Source of the DNA: Dipteris shenzhenensis | Taxonomy: Eukaryota | Reading direction: 5' to 3' (one strand) | DNA: 64,000 nt | Assembly: GCA_047967505.1 (NCBI GenBank) | Contig: CM106538.1 | Part shown: piece by piece, positions 47,400 to 58,731 of the stretch | Layout: each line of letters starts with the position of its first letter | Position numbering within the stretch: position 1 is the stretch's first letter | The notes under the pieces: generated by a model | Told to the model about the DNA's origin: nothing | Databases searched by the model: none | What the model saw: only the letters and a program-made list of their open reading frames with translations | Made by a program: the position numbers and the translations under genes

Positions 47400-50300
47400 T
47401 GGCAACAAATGTCGAAGGCTTCTCTCAAAATATTTGGACAAGAAACCCATAAAGCTTAGTGCCTTGGAGCAGAAGGAATACGAGTCCATACAAGACTTTG
47501 TACTTAGATGAGAGCTTTGATTATATCATCTTAGCCCACCTCCATATGACAAATCCTTATGAGCATGGTTAATCATAGGTTGCATTTAGATCAACCTCAA
47601 ATCTCTAGAAATAGTCAATTCAACAAAAACATATGAAGAATTACTAAACGGAGCTGTTGCATTGGAGAAAAGTGCTCCGACCAAGGAGAAGGAAAAAAAG
47701 ACCGAGTGACTGATGATGAGGATGCTTTGAATAAGCCCGACAAACTTTAGGTTTGACAATAAAGAAGTCTCTAAAAGAAATGGGCTTTAGAGAAAAGCCA
47801 AGTCAAGAAGAGAAATGGTGCAACAAATGCTATAGGAAGGGAGATACAGAGGATGATTGCAAAACCAAATATTCTAGGACTTCTTCATGATGAGTCCAAT
47901 TGTTGGTATGCCAAGAAGAAGCTACCCAAGGTTAACTAGGTGGAACTTGAGTCAAAGACTAAGGAGACATGACCACCAAAGCTTTAGCAGGGTAAAGGCA
48001 AGCATAAGAATGGTAAGAACAAAAGTCAAGTCCCTCATAAATTTGATGTTACTTCTATGATGATAATCATACTAAGGCTAAGTGTCTACTTTCACAAGAA
48101 CATTTGAAGCTACTCCAAAGCAATAAGTGAAGACAAGAAGAAGATCTTGGATGCCAAGTCATACTGGTAGAAATCTCGAGTTCAGTGGATGCCAGTGTAG
48201 TGACTCCGTCGTAATAACTAGCGACATAGTAAAGCATCTCATATAGGTGACCTAAATTGGAAGGCACATTGTCACCTCAAGAATTAAAGATAAATCTCAA
48301 GCTATGGATCTACCTCCTAATTTGAGTAAGGTGCCGCCATCAGATCACTCGGGTGAGGCTTCCACAAGTAAGACCCAAATAGAATTGAGTTCTAAAGGAG
48401 ACCCAAGTCTTGAAATGAAGGTCATACCGACGATCATAGAATTATTAAAGATTGCACTATATTGAAGGGAGTTTCTTTTGCAACAACTCTAGAATAATAA
48501 ACACCCTATGAAGGAATTGGAATCATTGGTTACCATTCCATTTATTGACATCCCAATGGTGGGTGAAGAGGTCCCAATGATCAATGTGAAGGTTTAAAAA
48601 CAAATGTATTAGGTGTCATTATTGATGGTGGTTCATGAGTAAACATCATATCAACAGGAGTGGTCAACAAGTCAAAACTCGAGAACATGAAGCCTTTCCC
48701 AGCCTAAGTTCGGATGGTAGATCAACAACCTATGGAGCCCAAAGGTATGCTTTTTGAAGTTGTTCTTACTATTGAAGGAAATCACTTTATAGTACGTTTG
48801 TTGGTCATCTTATGGAAGAGAATGCCTATCCATTATTGCTAGGTAGACCATGGCTGAAGAATGCCAATTTGTTAAATGACTGGGGAACCGAGTTTATGAC
48901 AATCAAAACTGGGGAAAAGGAGTTTCAAATTCCAACTAATCCCAGTAAAGTACCTAAAAGTTGTAGAAAGATTGAGAAGTCCGGGATCAGTTTCCACAAG
49001 ATGTTGAATCTTGGCTTATGGAGCTTTAGATGTTACCAGTGGGACAAAATAGTGGTGCAAAAGCATCTTTATCCCAACAAGTTCATTGAGGATATCATCA
49101 GTGAAAGGGAGATAGTCGCCCCATCTCACAATTACTCGTCTTTGTTCTAACTAGTTGGTTCTAGAACCAACATAGGAATTGAATTTAGGGTTTGAACACA
49201 AGCCCAAAATAGTAGTCATGAGTTCTCATGTGGTTGATGATTATCTCCAAGCAGTTAAAGACTTATTCCTACAGTATAAGGATGTTTTTGCTTGGATTTA
49301 TACATCTTTGAAGGGTTTCCTCTAGAAATATGCCAGCATAGAATTCCATTAGTGCCAGATGCTAAACCTATTAGATAGCAAGGGTATAGAATGTACCCCA
49401 ATTATGCCAAACACATTGATGGTGAGCTAGATAATCTCATACAACCGAGGTTCATCTATTCCATGATAGAAGTCATTGGTTATTCCCTATGGTGGTAGTG
49501 CCCCAAGAAAATGAGAAACTTAGAGTGTGTGTGGATCACAGCAATTTGAATGCTCAGATAGTGCCAGATCCTTTTCCTATTCCATCCATAGATCATATAG
49601 TGCTAGATCCTTTTCCTATTCCATCCATAGATGGTATACTCAACCAAGCCCAAACCACAATAAAGTTTTTGTTTGAGATTGTTATTTGCAGATATGAGTG
49701 CCCCATGGAATTTGTCAAACATTTCATGAATGAAGTCTTTGAATTGTTAATCACAGAATTCATAATTGTACACCGATTTGCTACTACCTATTATCCACGG
49801 TGTAATGGGAAAGCCAAGTCTATTAACAAAACTCTCAAATTAGTTCTCACCAAAACTGTTAATTCCAATTGGAATAATTGAGACACAAAACTACCTGCTG
49901 TATTATGGGCTTATAGAATAGCTTATAAGGTCACTACCAATCTTACTTCCTTGCGAATGGCATTTGGATTGGAAGTTGTTATGCCTATGGAATTTCTAGT
50001 TTCGAGTTTGTGTATTGTTGCACGGCATCATATCGGTGAGTTAGAAGTAGAAGCTATACAACGTCGGTTACACCAGATCAGCAAGCTAGATGAATTACGA
50101 CTATGAGCTACGTTGACACAGTACTTAATTTAAAGGAGGAGGAAGGCTTGGCATGATAGGAATACTGTGCCCAAAATTTTGAAAAGGGATAAGCTTGTAT
50201 TGTTGTATGATGCAAAAGAAGGCAACTTAGACAAGATGAAGAATAATTTCAAATGGTCCATACAAGTTGATTGAGGTGTATGACAATGGTACCATTGGGA

Positions 50301-50400
50301 TAGCTAACTTGGAAGGAAGGGTAATTCCTGAGTGATCAATGGAAGCCGAGTCAAGCCATACAGAAGTGCAAGATTGAATTTGGTCAAAGTAGACACTTTA
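47400..50400 (+). mobile_element. Degraded Ty3/gypsy element with most of RT and all RNase H deleted (gag, PR, RT start fused to INT)
   Basis: WCNKC knuckle remnant; IIDGGS; LLLGRPWL; KLRVCVDHSNLN..DPFPIP (duplicated) joined to FLFEIVICRY..TTYYPRCNG. Confidence 0.8.
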
Positions 50401-53400
50401 CAGAATTCTAAGGGAGTGCAACAAGTCTCTTAAACTCACCAATACTGGTAGTAATCATGAGAACTACAAGAAATGGGTTTCGATCAAGGTCTCACATGGA
50501 ACACTGGAAGTGGCAACACATCATCTTCAACAAGCTGTTGCTCTACGCAACAACTCACACTATCCCTACTCATTGCTACTCATCTCTTGCATCCACTTCT
50601 GCAATCAATCCCACGACCTCAACTATCCTTCTAACCTTGTTGTCATTATCCTTCTGATCCTCACCAAACCTATGGCTTCTTTAGCTTGTAGGATACGAGA
50701 AAGATATCCAAAGAGGAGGCAAAAGGTGGCTCTCCAACTCCATAGGCCACATCCCATTGAACGCACGATAAAGATGTTGAAGCGTAACAAGATGTTGGAC
50801 ATGGCAAATCTGCTACGGTTCAACATGTGGAGCTGTGAAGTGCAGAGGAGATACTCAACTTGTATAAAGCCGATACATGGAGTATTAGCATCCAAGCCTG
50901 ATGGGTTCATCTGGACCAGTGGTTATATGCTAAAGTTTTCAAGCTGGCAAGCTACCCACTGTGGAGTAATTTGAAGATGGTGTCTTCCACCAGCCACAGG
51001 GGTACCTCATCAGTACAGCGAAGGATGGCGAGAAGCAGCCCTTCTTTTGGTTCTTGATCGAGTATATCTGTTTGAAGAAGAGCCTCAGGTATATACCACG
51101 TAAGTTTGTGGCTAACGCCCTCACAAGTTGTGAAGACAAAGACTAGCTCGACATCTTCATTGACACCTTTTACAACAGCTCCGCGGCATCTGTGTGGCAC
51201 GCTTAGGTCATTGTAAGCTTGGGCTACACCTGTGCATGATCCGACACTGGCTAGAGTCGGGAGCTATGGTGAGGAACTCGTCGTCTTGAAGGGCCTGCTC
51301 CAAGACCCTTGCAGACCTTGACCGTTATTCCTAAAAATCTCACATCTCCTTCCTCCACTCATGCAGTGACCTCTTCCCAGACAGCCACTCTGAGCAAGCC
51401 CCTCCCACTCCAGCAACTTCCCCCATCAATCCCCAGCCTCTCTCTTCTCCACCTGGCATCCAAGCCTCGCCAACTCGACCGACAGCTACAATAGGTGACA
51501 AAGAGGCCACATCAGGCATTGATACGACCAAAGAGATGGCCACCAACACTGTTGGTGAGGAAGGGGAGAATAAAGAGCCAACGAATACTAAAAATCTAAA
51601 TGCATTGGCTCAGGAGGATGTAGGAAAATAGGTCATTCCGGAACCTGATACGAGTGACACAGAAGGACACGACAAAGAGGAAGCACAATACGAGGAGGTC
51701 CTACCACGATCCAGATGGAGCAACCAATTACTGGACCCAACGGGTAAGCAGAAAATCCTAAGGGGCTGGCTCCCACGTCCAACAAGCTCGGAAGAAGCTG
51801 CACAGCAGCAGCGGTGAGAAGGATTGCACCTGAAGCAGAAGGAGGCCCAAACCCACCTGTTGTCACCTCCAAGGCTCTAACTCTGGTATGGACATTATGC
51901 CTTTAATAGAGGTTGAAATTGTGGTGGCTCGGTTGGACCATACAGTGTCTAATCCCAGAGACGAGGCCACCTTCAGGCCCCAAGTCTAGATAAGCAAACA
52001 CAGGGTGGAGATGCCTCAATAATCCCAGCTAAATCTATCACTCTGGAGGAGGAGAAGGATGGAAAAGGAAAAACCAACGTAGGAAAGTTCCAGGAGGAGG
52101 ATGATCAGCAACACCCTACTCGAAAATTTCGCAACCATTTTCCACAAGCTACAGGCATGTACCTTGCTTGCCCCATCCTCGATATGTAGTACCAGGAGAG
52201 GGTATAAACCCCCTCTCTTACTTTGAAGACCTCTCTAGTTCGGAGGCAATTACTGAAAATTGGCAACAAGTTAGGGAGTCAGCCCTGGAGGCAGCTCGCT
52301 CAACTCACCACATTGCCAGCACATGGATCCCTCCACAGGCATTGTCATATGACGCAAAGAGCATGCACGGTATTTAAGGGAGCTCAAGAGCTACTACAAT
52401 GAAATGGTGGAGCTGCTTGCACACTGGGAAAAGAAGACAGACAACAATCTCGCCTAGCTCAACAGATAGAGCATGAGCAACTCCAGCTCGACGATGGCAC
52501 CCTATTACAACAATATAATGAGGCCATGGGTTCTCCTAAGGCATCTCGAGAAACCGTAGCCTCCAGAGGAAGCTAATGGAGCATGAGGAAGAGTGCATTA
52601 AGGTGCTAAGTGGAGTGCACACCGAGTTACAGCACAGCCGAGCGGAAAATGAAGCACTTCATCAAAGGGTATCCAAGCTTAAATGGATTCAAGCTCTCCC
52701 TCGGGACTTTGACCAACCCTTGGAGCACCCAGGTGTACCCTCTAGAAGGAAAGATACGGACGATGAGGGTGACACGAAATGATCGGGAGGACAAGCTCAA
52801 TTCTGGAGACAGATGGAATAGCTCAAAGGGAAGGTGTAGCTGATAGTTCAAGCGCTGCCATGACACGGTTGCACCTATCTTGGTCAAGGGCACTCACATT
52901 CAGGCGAGGCATGTTGGGATTATAATCTAAGGCACAGGGGGGCATAGATAGCCCAAGGATCAGTGTGTGGTTACTCATTGTGAAGAGCTCTTGGTGGACA
53001 ACGGTCATTGATTGGCCCATGCATATCTCACGTGGTGATTTGGCAGTTGGTCCAATGCATGGCTTCACACTTGGTGGCATACCTCATAGTGATTGGTGGA
53101 CTGATGTGTAGACATGCAGTGCATGGCGGTCTCGACCTGGTGAAAGGCGATGGCTGGAGGCTTCTACATAAGTTTGCAACAGCAAGCATGTTCTTTCTCT
53201 TTGTCGAGACTTTTCAGATGAGAGTCAGTCTCAGGGTTATTGCAGTTCGTAGCCAGTCCATCTCGGCTGGCTGGTAGCGTGAAATAGAGAGTCTAGGTCT
53301 TCTCAACTGAGTCGACGTCCATCTTGGTCTTGTAACTAGCAAAAAGCTTCTGTAGAGGTGAGCCAAGGTCCTGAGTCTTTGAGTCCTTTATAATAGATAT

Positions 53401-54004
53401 TTTTTGTGGTTTTACAAAATTGTAATTGCTCTGAGTTCCGAGAGTGTTGTGAAAGAGAGTTTTGATAATCTATTATCCTTTTATGTGAAGGACCAAAAAT
53501 AGAAAGAAATAAGCATGGGAGAACTCCACATGGCAAAAGGTTGTGTGGGACACTTTTGTAATGAAAGTGTTAGTATAGTGCCGCCTGGAAGACAATGCTA
53601 ACACCCGCCTCCTACTATGTCTCAGCTGCCTCCTATTTTGCCCAACTACTATAAGGTTAGTGGAGCAACTGCCCAAGAATATTTTCGTCCACATCACAGA
53701 TCTCTGTTGACCTTCCTACGATAAGTGGATTGGATCCCAACGCCAAATTCTATGCCAGTACAACACCATCTCAAATCCTGGATTGGATGTGCCCAAAACT
53801 TAGTCGAATGGTGCGTGATTGGATCGATGGCATGGGAGAGGTCTCCAGATACCCCTCCAGTCTATATCAGTGGCATATACCCTTGGCGCATGTGTTGCGA
53901 ACGTGGTAGTGTGAAGCCAAGTGGCAATTACCAGGAGTGTCTCCTGGGGGCACTGACTCACTGCCAACGAGACGACTCAACCACAGACTACCCCACCAGT
54001 CGCA

Positions 54005-55853
54005 TGTTAGAAAATTACCCAACAGAGGGTACGCACAGCGAAAGACTTATAGTAATGCCCAGGAGCTCACACAGTGTGCGTGTGGGATGTGGAATCACAA
54101 ACTTCTTAACTTAATGTGCATAATATAGATGTGCAGACTCATATCAATGGACAATGAACCAACCAGATACAAAAACCACCAAAATATATATTTCCGTCCA
54201 AAACTATGGACACAATACAAGAGAGATGGATCCAAAGTCCCACCAATGGTGTGGTCCTCTGATCTAACCACAAGGTCCTTCTCCTATTTGCTGGCTATCT
54301 CTAGACTCGAGCCTACGTGCTCCACCTCGAGCTTTTGTAGACTTTCCGTCCAGTGTGTTCTTCTCCACCTTACTGCCTGTGAATCAGCCTAGGTGGGCAG
54401 CCCCTGCCAAGCGTTGTCTACAGCACACAAGTCCCTGTTCCACTGCTCCAACCTGCTTGTGAATGGCTGCTCGAGAAGGTATGATGATCACAACACCTTG
54501 CTGCCCTAGAAGACAGCCAAGGTCCCAGTCCTTAGGGAAGTCAGTCTGCAGCACTCCTTCAACTCTCCTTTACCTCCAAGATGAGGCCAAAGGGTTGCCT
54601 TCAAGCTGCTCCTGTCTGCTCCACTTTCTGGTAGATGTTGGATATAAAATGAGGCCACAAGCCTCTCCTTTTATAGGCCCTAAGGCCTGCTTGAACCAAC
54701 CGACCAGCCAGCCCTAAATGGGCCGACTGGCTGGTATGTAGCAGCCCTAACCAACTGACCAGTTGGTTGGCTGGTTGGCTGCCTATCCAGCCCTATTCAG
54801 GGCCCTTTGCTGGCCCTTTGTTCCATGCAGGGTCCAGTCCCTTTGCTGCTGCTGTCCTGCCACCTGCCAGCCCTGCTTGCAGGCCATAGACCTGCCCATA
54901 TACTTTGCCAAGGACCCCGTCATGCAAGCGCCTCTGCCAGGCCCTTCTCCAGCGCTGTACAGTTCCGTACATTGCTGATGTCATCGTGCCTTTCCTAGGG
55001 TCCTGCTATAGTCCACTGAGTGCCTCATGCCAGGCCTGATCCAAGACACTGTGTCCCCGCCATCTTCCTGCACATGAGCTGCTCCTGATGCAGCCTTTCA
55101 TCCTTGGGATACCCCACCAACCATGAATGCTCCAGATCTGTCCCAAATCCACACATCGAGGTAATCTCTCTTTGGGCACATCTTGCCCTAGGTCTCCCTC
55201 CTCCACGCTCTCCTCATTTGGGGGCTTACAGATGGAGAGGTGACCTTTCCAACACCCCCTCTCACCGACACATCTCAGCCCAATGCCAACACGTCGATGA
55301 AGATGCTCCAGTAACTCCCTGGTTGTAGTCCTCTGGAACTTTTCAATGTCGAAATCTTTTCCTGGCTTTTCATCCAGTGGCTCCTGCTCCACCAGGTCCG
55401 GTTCCGCTTCCGCACACCATCCTGGTACACAGGTCCATCTTTGGTAGCACCTCCTGGTACCACCTCCTTCAGTCACGTTCCTGCCTCTGAACTCGAGCAA
55501 TCCAACCGTCACGATCTTCCAGTCGTCCCCCTCATAATGAGTGAACAACCTGGAGTCTTCCAGGCACCATGCTCGGAGGGTCTGTTTCAACCCGTCCTTC
55601 CTTTGGCAAGGTCTGCAACAAAAGTACATCTCCAGATAACCTAGACTGCGAACTTTAAACGCACCTGACTGAACCTGAGTTACCCTCCTCTTCTCACAAG
55701 GGCACAATCCTCCAGTCGTGGAAGTCGATTCCCAAGAGCTTCTGAATCAGGGTCGTCCTTCAGCAAGGTCCCTGCCTTCAAGCTCCCACACCAGTGAGTA
55801 CTTGGGCTCTCATACCATGTTAGAAAATTACCCAACAGAGGGTACGCACAGCG
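54005..55853 (-). mobile_element. Non-autonomous Copia-derived LTR element: 36-bp stub of 5' LTR, tRNA-Met-type PBS, ~560 bp interior, PPT, full 3' LTR (55254-54005)
   Basis: TGTTAGAAAATTACCCAACAGAGGGTACGCACAGCG at 54005-54040 and 55818-55853; PBS TGGTATGAGAGCC (55817-55805); PPT GAGAGGGGG|TGTTGG; TATAAAA at 54675-54669. Confidence 0.82.
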
Positions 55854-56137
55854 TGCGAACACGAAGATTTTGTACAACATGTATGGGTACCCCCTTGGGT
55901 GAATTAATCAGGGCACATGAGATAGCCAGCTTCTCACTGTGCCAACATAACTCAAATTCCTTTAAATTATCAGATATGTCCTGCGCGACAGCCAATACAC
56001 ATCTGGTACATATCCTTCTTCCCTTATTTTGAAAGAAAGATCTTCTAGCTTTGCATGTATATACTTGTGTAGGGAATGTCCTGTATACCCTCCAAAATTG
56101 AATGCGCAATTCCGCCCAAAATCAGTCCAACTCTGTC
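55854..56137 (-). pseudogene. Frameshifted, truncated DYW domain of PPR copy 3
   Basis: QSWTD..KLEDLSFKIREEGYVPD..LCWHSEKLAISCALINSPKGVPIHVVQNLRV, then LTR sequence. Confidence 0.88.
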
Positions 56138-58458
56138 AGCATTAACTCAACCTGCTTAGCTTCCTCCTGCATGTGAGCATCTGCATAGATGTTAGACATC
56201 AAGACATAAGCTGCAGCATCCTTTTTATCCAATTCCACTGCATGTTCGAAGGCCCACCTTCCAAGCTCCACATTCCCCCACTTCCAACAAGCACCCAACA
56301 TAGTATGCCACAAGACAGGATTAGAATTGAATGGCATCTTCTTTATCATCACTACGGCCTTGTCTAATTGGCCTGCACGGCCAAGGAGATCAACTATGCA
56401 ATTCAGGTGCTCAATAGTTGGAGTGATGCCATACTCTTTGCTCATGGCCTCAAAGTAGGTCTGGCCTTTCTCCACTAGACCTGTGTGATTGCATACAGTA
56501 AGAATACTTAGGAATGCGACCCCATCTGGTGTTATGTCTTCTGCTCTCATTCTGTCAAGCATAAGAAAAACCTTTTCACTTTCTCCTAGCTGGGCATACC
56601 CTGCGATAAGTGCAGTCCATGAGACTGCATTTTGAACTGCAAGTTTGTCGAACACTTCCTCTGCTTTTGCAAGCAAGCCACACTTTGCATACATATCAAC
56701 CAAGGTGTTACCAACAAAAGGGTCTCTTTCCAACAACCCCTTTCTAGCAATCTCAGCATGTATTTCTTGGCCCTTGTCTATGGCTCCTGTGCTGCCACAA
56801 GCTTTCAAGCTGCAAATAAATGTGACTGCATCAGGAGAGACGCCCTCCAATTGCATCTGTTCGAAACAGTTCAGTGCATCCTGGCCAAGGTCATGTTCAG
56901 CATATCCTGCAATAAGTGCATTCCAGGAGACTACATCTCGAACTGGAAGATTGTTGAACACTTCCTGTGCTTTGGCAAGCAAGCCACACTTGATATACAT
57001 ATCAACCAAGGTGTTACCAACAAAAGGATCGCTTTCGAACAACCCCTTTCTCGCAATCTCAGCATGTATTTCTTGGCCCTTGTCTATGTCTCCTATGCTG
57101 CCACAAGCTTTTAAGCTGCACATAAATGTGACTGCACTTGGAGAGACACCCTCCAATTGCATCTGTTTGAAGCAGTTCAGTGCGTCCTGACCAAGGTCAT
57201 GCTCAGCATATCCTGAGATAAGTGCATTCCACGAGGCTACATTTCGAACTGGAAGTTTGTGGAACACTTCCTGTGCTTTTGCAAGCAAGCCACACTTGGC
57301 ATACATATCAACCAAGGTGCTACCAACAAAAGGATCTCTTTCCAACAACCCCTTTCCTGCAATCTCAGCATGTATTTCTCGGCCCTTGTCTATGGCTCCT
57401 ATGCCACCACAAGCTTTCAAGCTGCAAATAAATGTGACCGCACTTGGAGAGACACCCTCCAATTGCATCTGTTCGAAACAGTTCAGTGCGTCCTGACCAA
57501 GGTCATGTTCAGCATACCCTGCAATAAGTGCATTCCAGGAGACTGCATCTCGAACTGGAAGTTTTTCAAACACTTCCTGTGCTTTTGCAAGCAAACCACA
57601 CTTGGCATACATATCAACCAAGGAGCTACCAACAAAAGGATTTATTTCCAACAACCCCTTTCCTGCAATCTCAGCATGTATTTCTTGGCCCTTGTCTATG
57701 GCTCTTATGCTGCCACAAGCTTTCAAGCTGCAAACAAATGTGACCGCACTTGGAGAGACTCCCTCCAATTGCATTTGTTCGAAGCAGTTTAGTGCATCCT
57801 GACCAAGGTGATGTTCAGCATACCCTGCGATAAGTGCATTCCAAGAGACTACATTTCGAACTGGAAGCTTGTCGAACACTTCCTGTGCTTTTGCAAGCAA
57901 GCCACACTTGGCATACATATCAACCAAGGTGCTACCAATAAAAGGATTTCGTTCCAACAACCCTGTTCTTGTAATCTCAGCATGTATTTCTCGTCCTCGT
58001 TCTGTATCTTTCAGCCGGGCACAAGCCTTGAGTAAGGCCACGAACGTATACCCACTAGGATGTACACAATCTTCCTGCATTTTCTGGTGCAGTACGAAGG
58101 CATGCTGTGACTCGCCACATTCAAGATAACCTGTAATGAGAGAAGTCCAGGAATACTCATTCCGATCAGCCAACCTATCAAAAGCCTGCTGGGCATCACA
58201 CATGCTTCCAACTCCCACCAACATTGGAACGACGTAGTTCCCGAGTGACTCATGAGCTTCCAGCCCACTTTTGCGCAGGTAATGATGCAACCGCAGGGCA
58301 TGCGCTGGATTTTTGTGTCTTCTGCACTTGCGCAAGATGCATGTCAAGTTTTCAACCGAAGGTGGATGGGGCATGCGTTCCAAAGAAGTGAGTGCCTCCT
58401 CTAAGCTAAGCTCTGGCAGTTGTACTATGGGGCTGTGCATGGCCTTTGCAGTCTCCAT
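56122..58458 (-). CDS. PLS-class PPR protein, copy 3: L-S-(P1L1S1)x5-P2L2S2-E1E2
   Basis: 778-aa open frame paralogous to copies 1 and 2; a deletion at the E2/PG-box junction shifts the frame to a stop; may have an upstream exon from 58731. Confidence 0.92.
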   Translation of the reverse strand: METAKAMHSPIVQLPELSLEEALTSLERMPHPPSVENLTCILRKCRRHKNPAHALRLHHYLRKSGLEAHESLGNYVVPMLVGVGSMCDAQQAFDRLADRNEYSWTSLITGYLECGESQHAFVLHQKMQEDCVHPSGYTFVALLKACARLKDTERGREIHAEITRTGLLERNPFIGSTLVDMYAKCGLLAKAQEVFDKLPVRNVVSWNALIAGYAEHHLGQDALNCFEQMQLEGVSPSAVTFVCSLKACGSIRAIDKGQEIHAEIAGKGLLEINPFVGSSLVDMYAKCGLLAKAQEVFEKLPVRDAVSWNALIAGYAEHDLGQDALNCFEQMQLEGVSPSAVTFICSLKACGGIGAIDKGREIHAEIAGKGLLERDPFVGSTLVDMYAKCGLLAKAQEVFHKLPVRNVASWNALISGYAEHDLGQDALNCFKQMQLEGVSPSAVTFMCSLKACGSIGDIDKGQEIHAEIARKGLFESDPFVGNTLVDMYIKCGLLAKAQEVFNNLPVRDVVSWNALIAGYAEHDLGQDALNCFEQMQLEGVSPDAVTFICSLKACGSTGAIDKGQEIHAEIARKGLLERDPFVGNTLVDMYAKCGLLAKAEEVFDKLAVQNAVSWTALIAGYAQLGESEKVFLMLDRMRAEDITPDGVAFLSILTVCNHTGLVEKGQTYFEAMSKEYGITPTIEHLNCIVDLLGRAGQLDKAVVMIKKMPFNSNPVLWHTMLGACWKWGNVELGRWAFEHAVELDKKDAAAYVLMSNIYADAHMQEEAKQVELMLTELD

Positions 58459-58731
58459 TTTCTGGAGCGTGCCTTTAACCCAACTTGGATTGTACCAGCC
58501 GTCTATACATAGCGACTCCTGGGTGAGTTCCTGCTTGAAATCTGGGGTTCTGAAGACTCGTCAGAATTTAATTTCCCGTCGTACATGTACGCTGGTGTTT
58601 CGATTGTCAAACCAACCGGAGGGATCGCTGAAATACTCCTTCCATAAGCGGTCGGTACGTGATCTATCTGCTTTTCTTGTATAGTACAGGCTGACGTTTG
58701 AAGGCGGAGAAAGAACTAAAGCATTTGCCAT
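58459..58731 (-). pseudogene. Upstream coding region of PPR copy 3 encoding an OSB-type PDF motif, split by a short putative intron
   Basis: MANALV..RLWKEYFSDPSGWFDNRNTS | GTACAT..TTCAG | ..PDFKQELTQESLCIDGWYNPSWVKGTLQK, the second part in frame with METAK. Confidence 0.75.
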
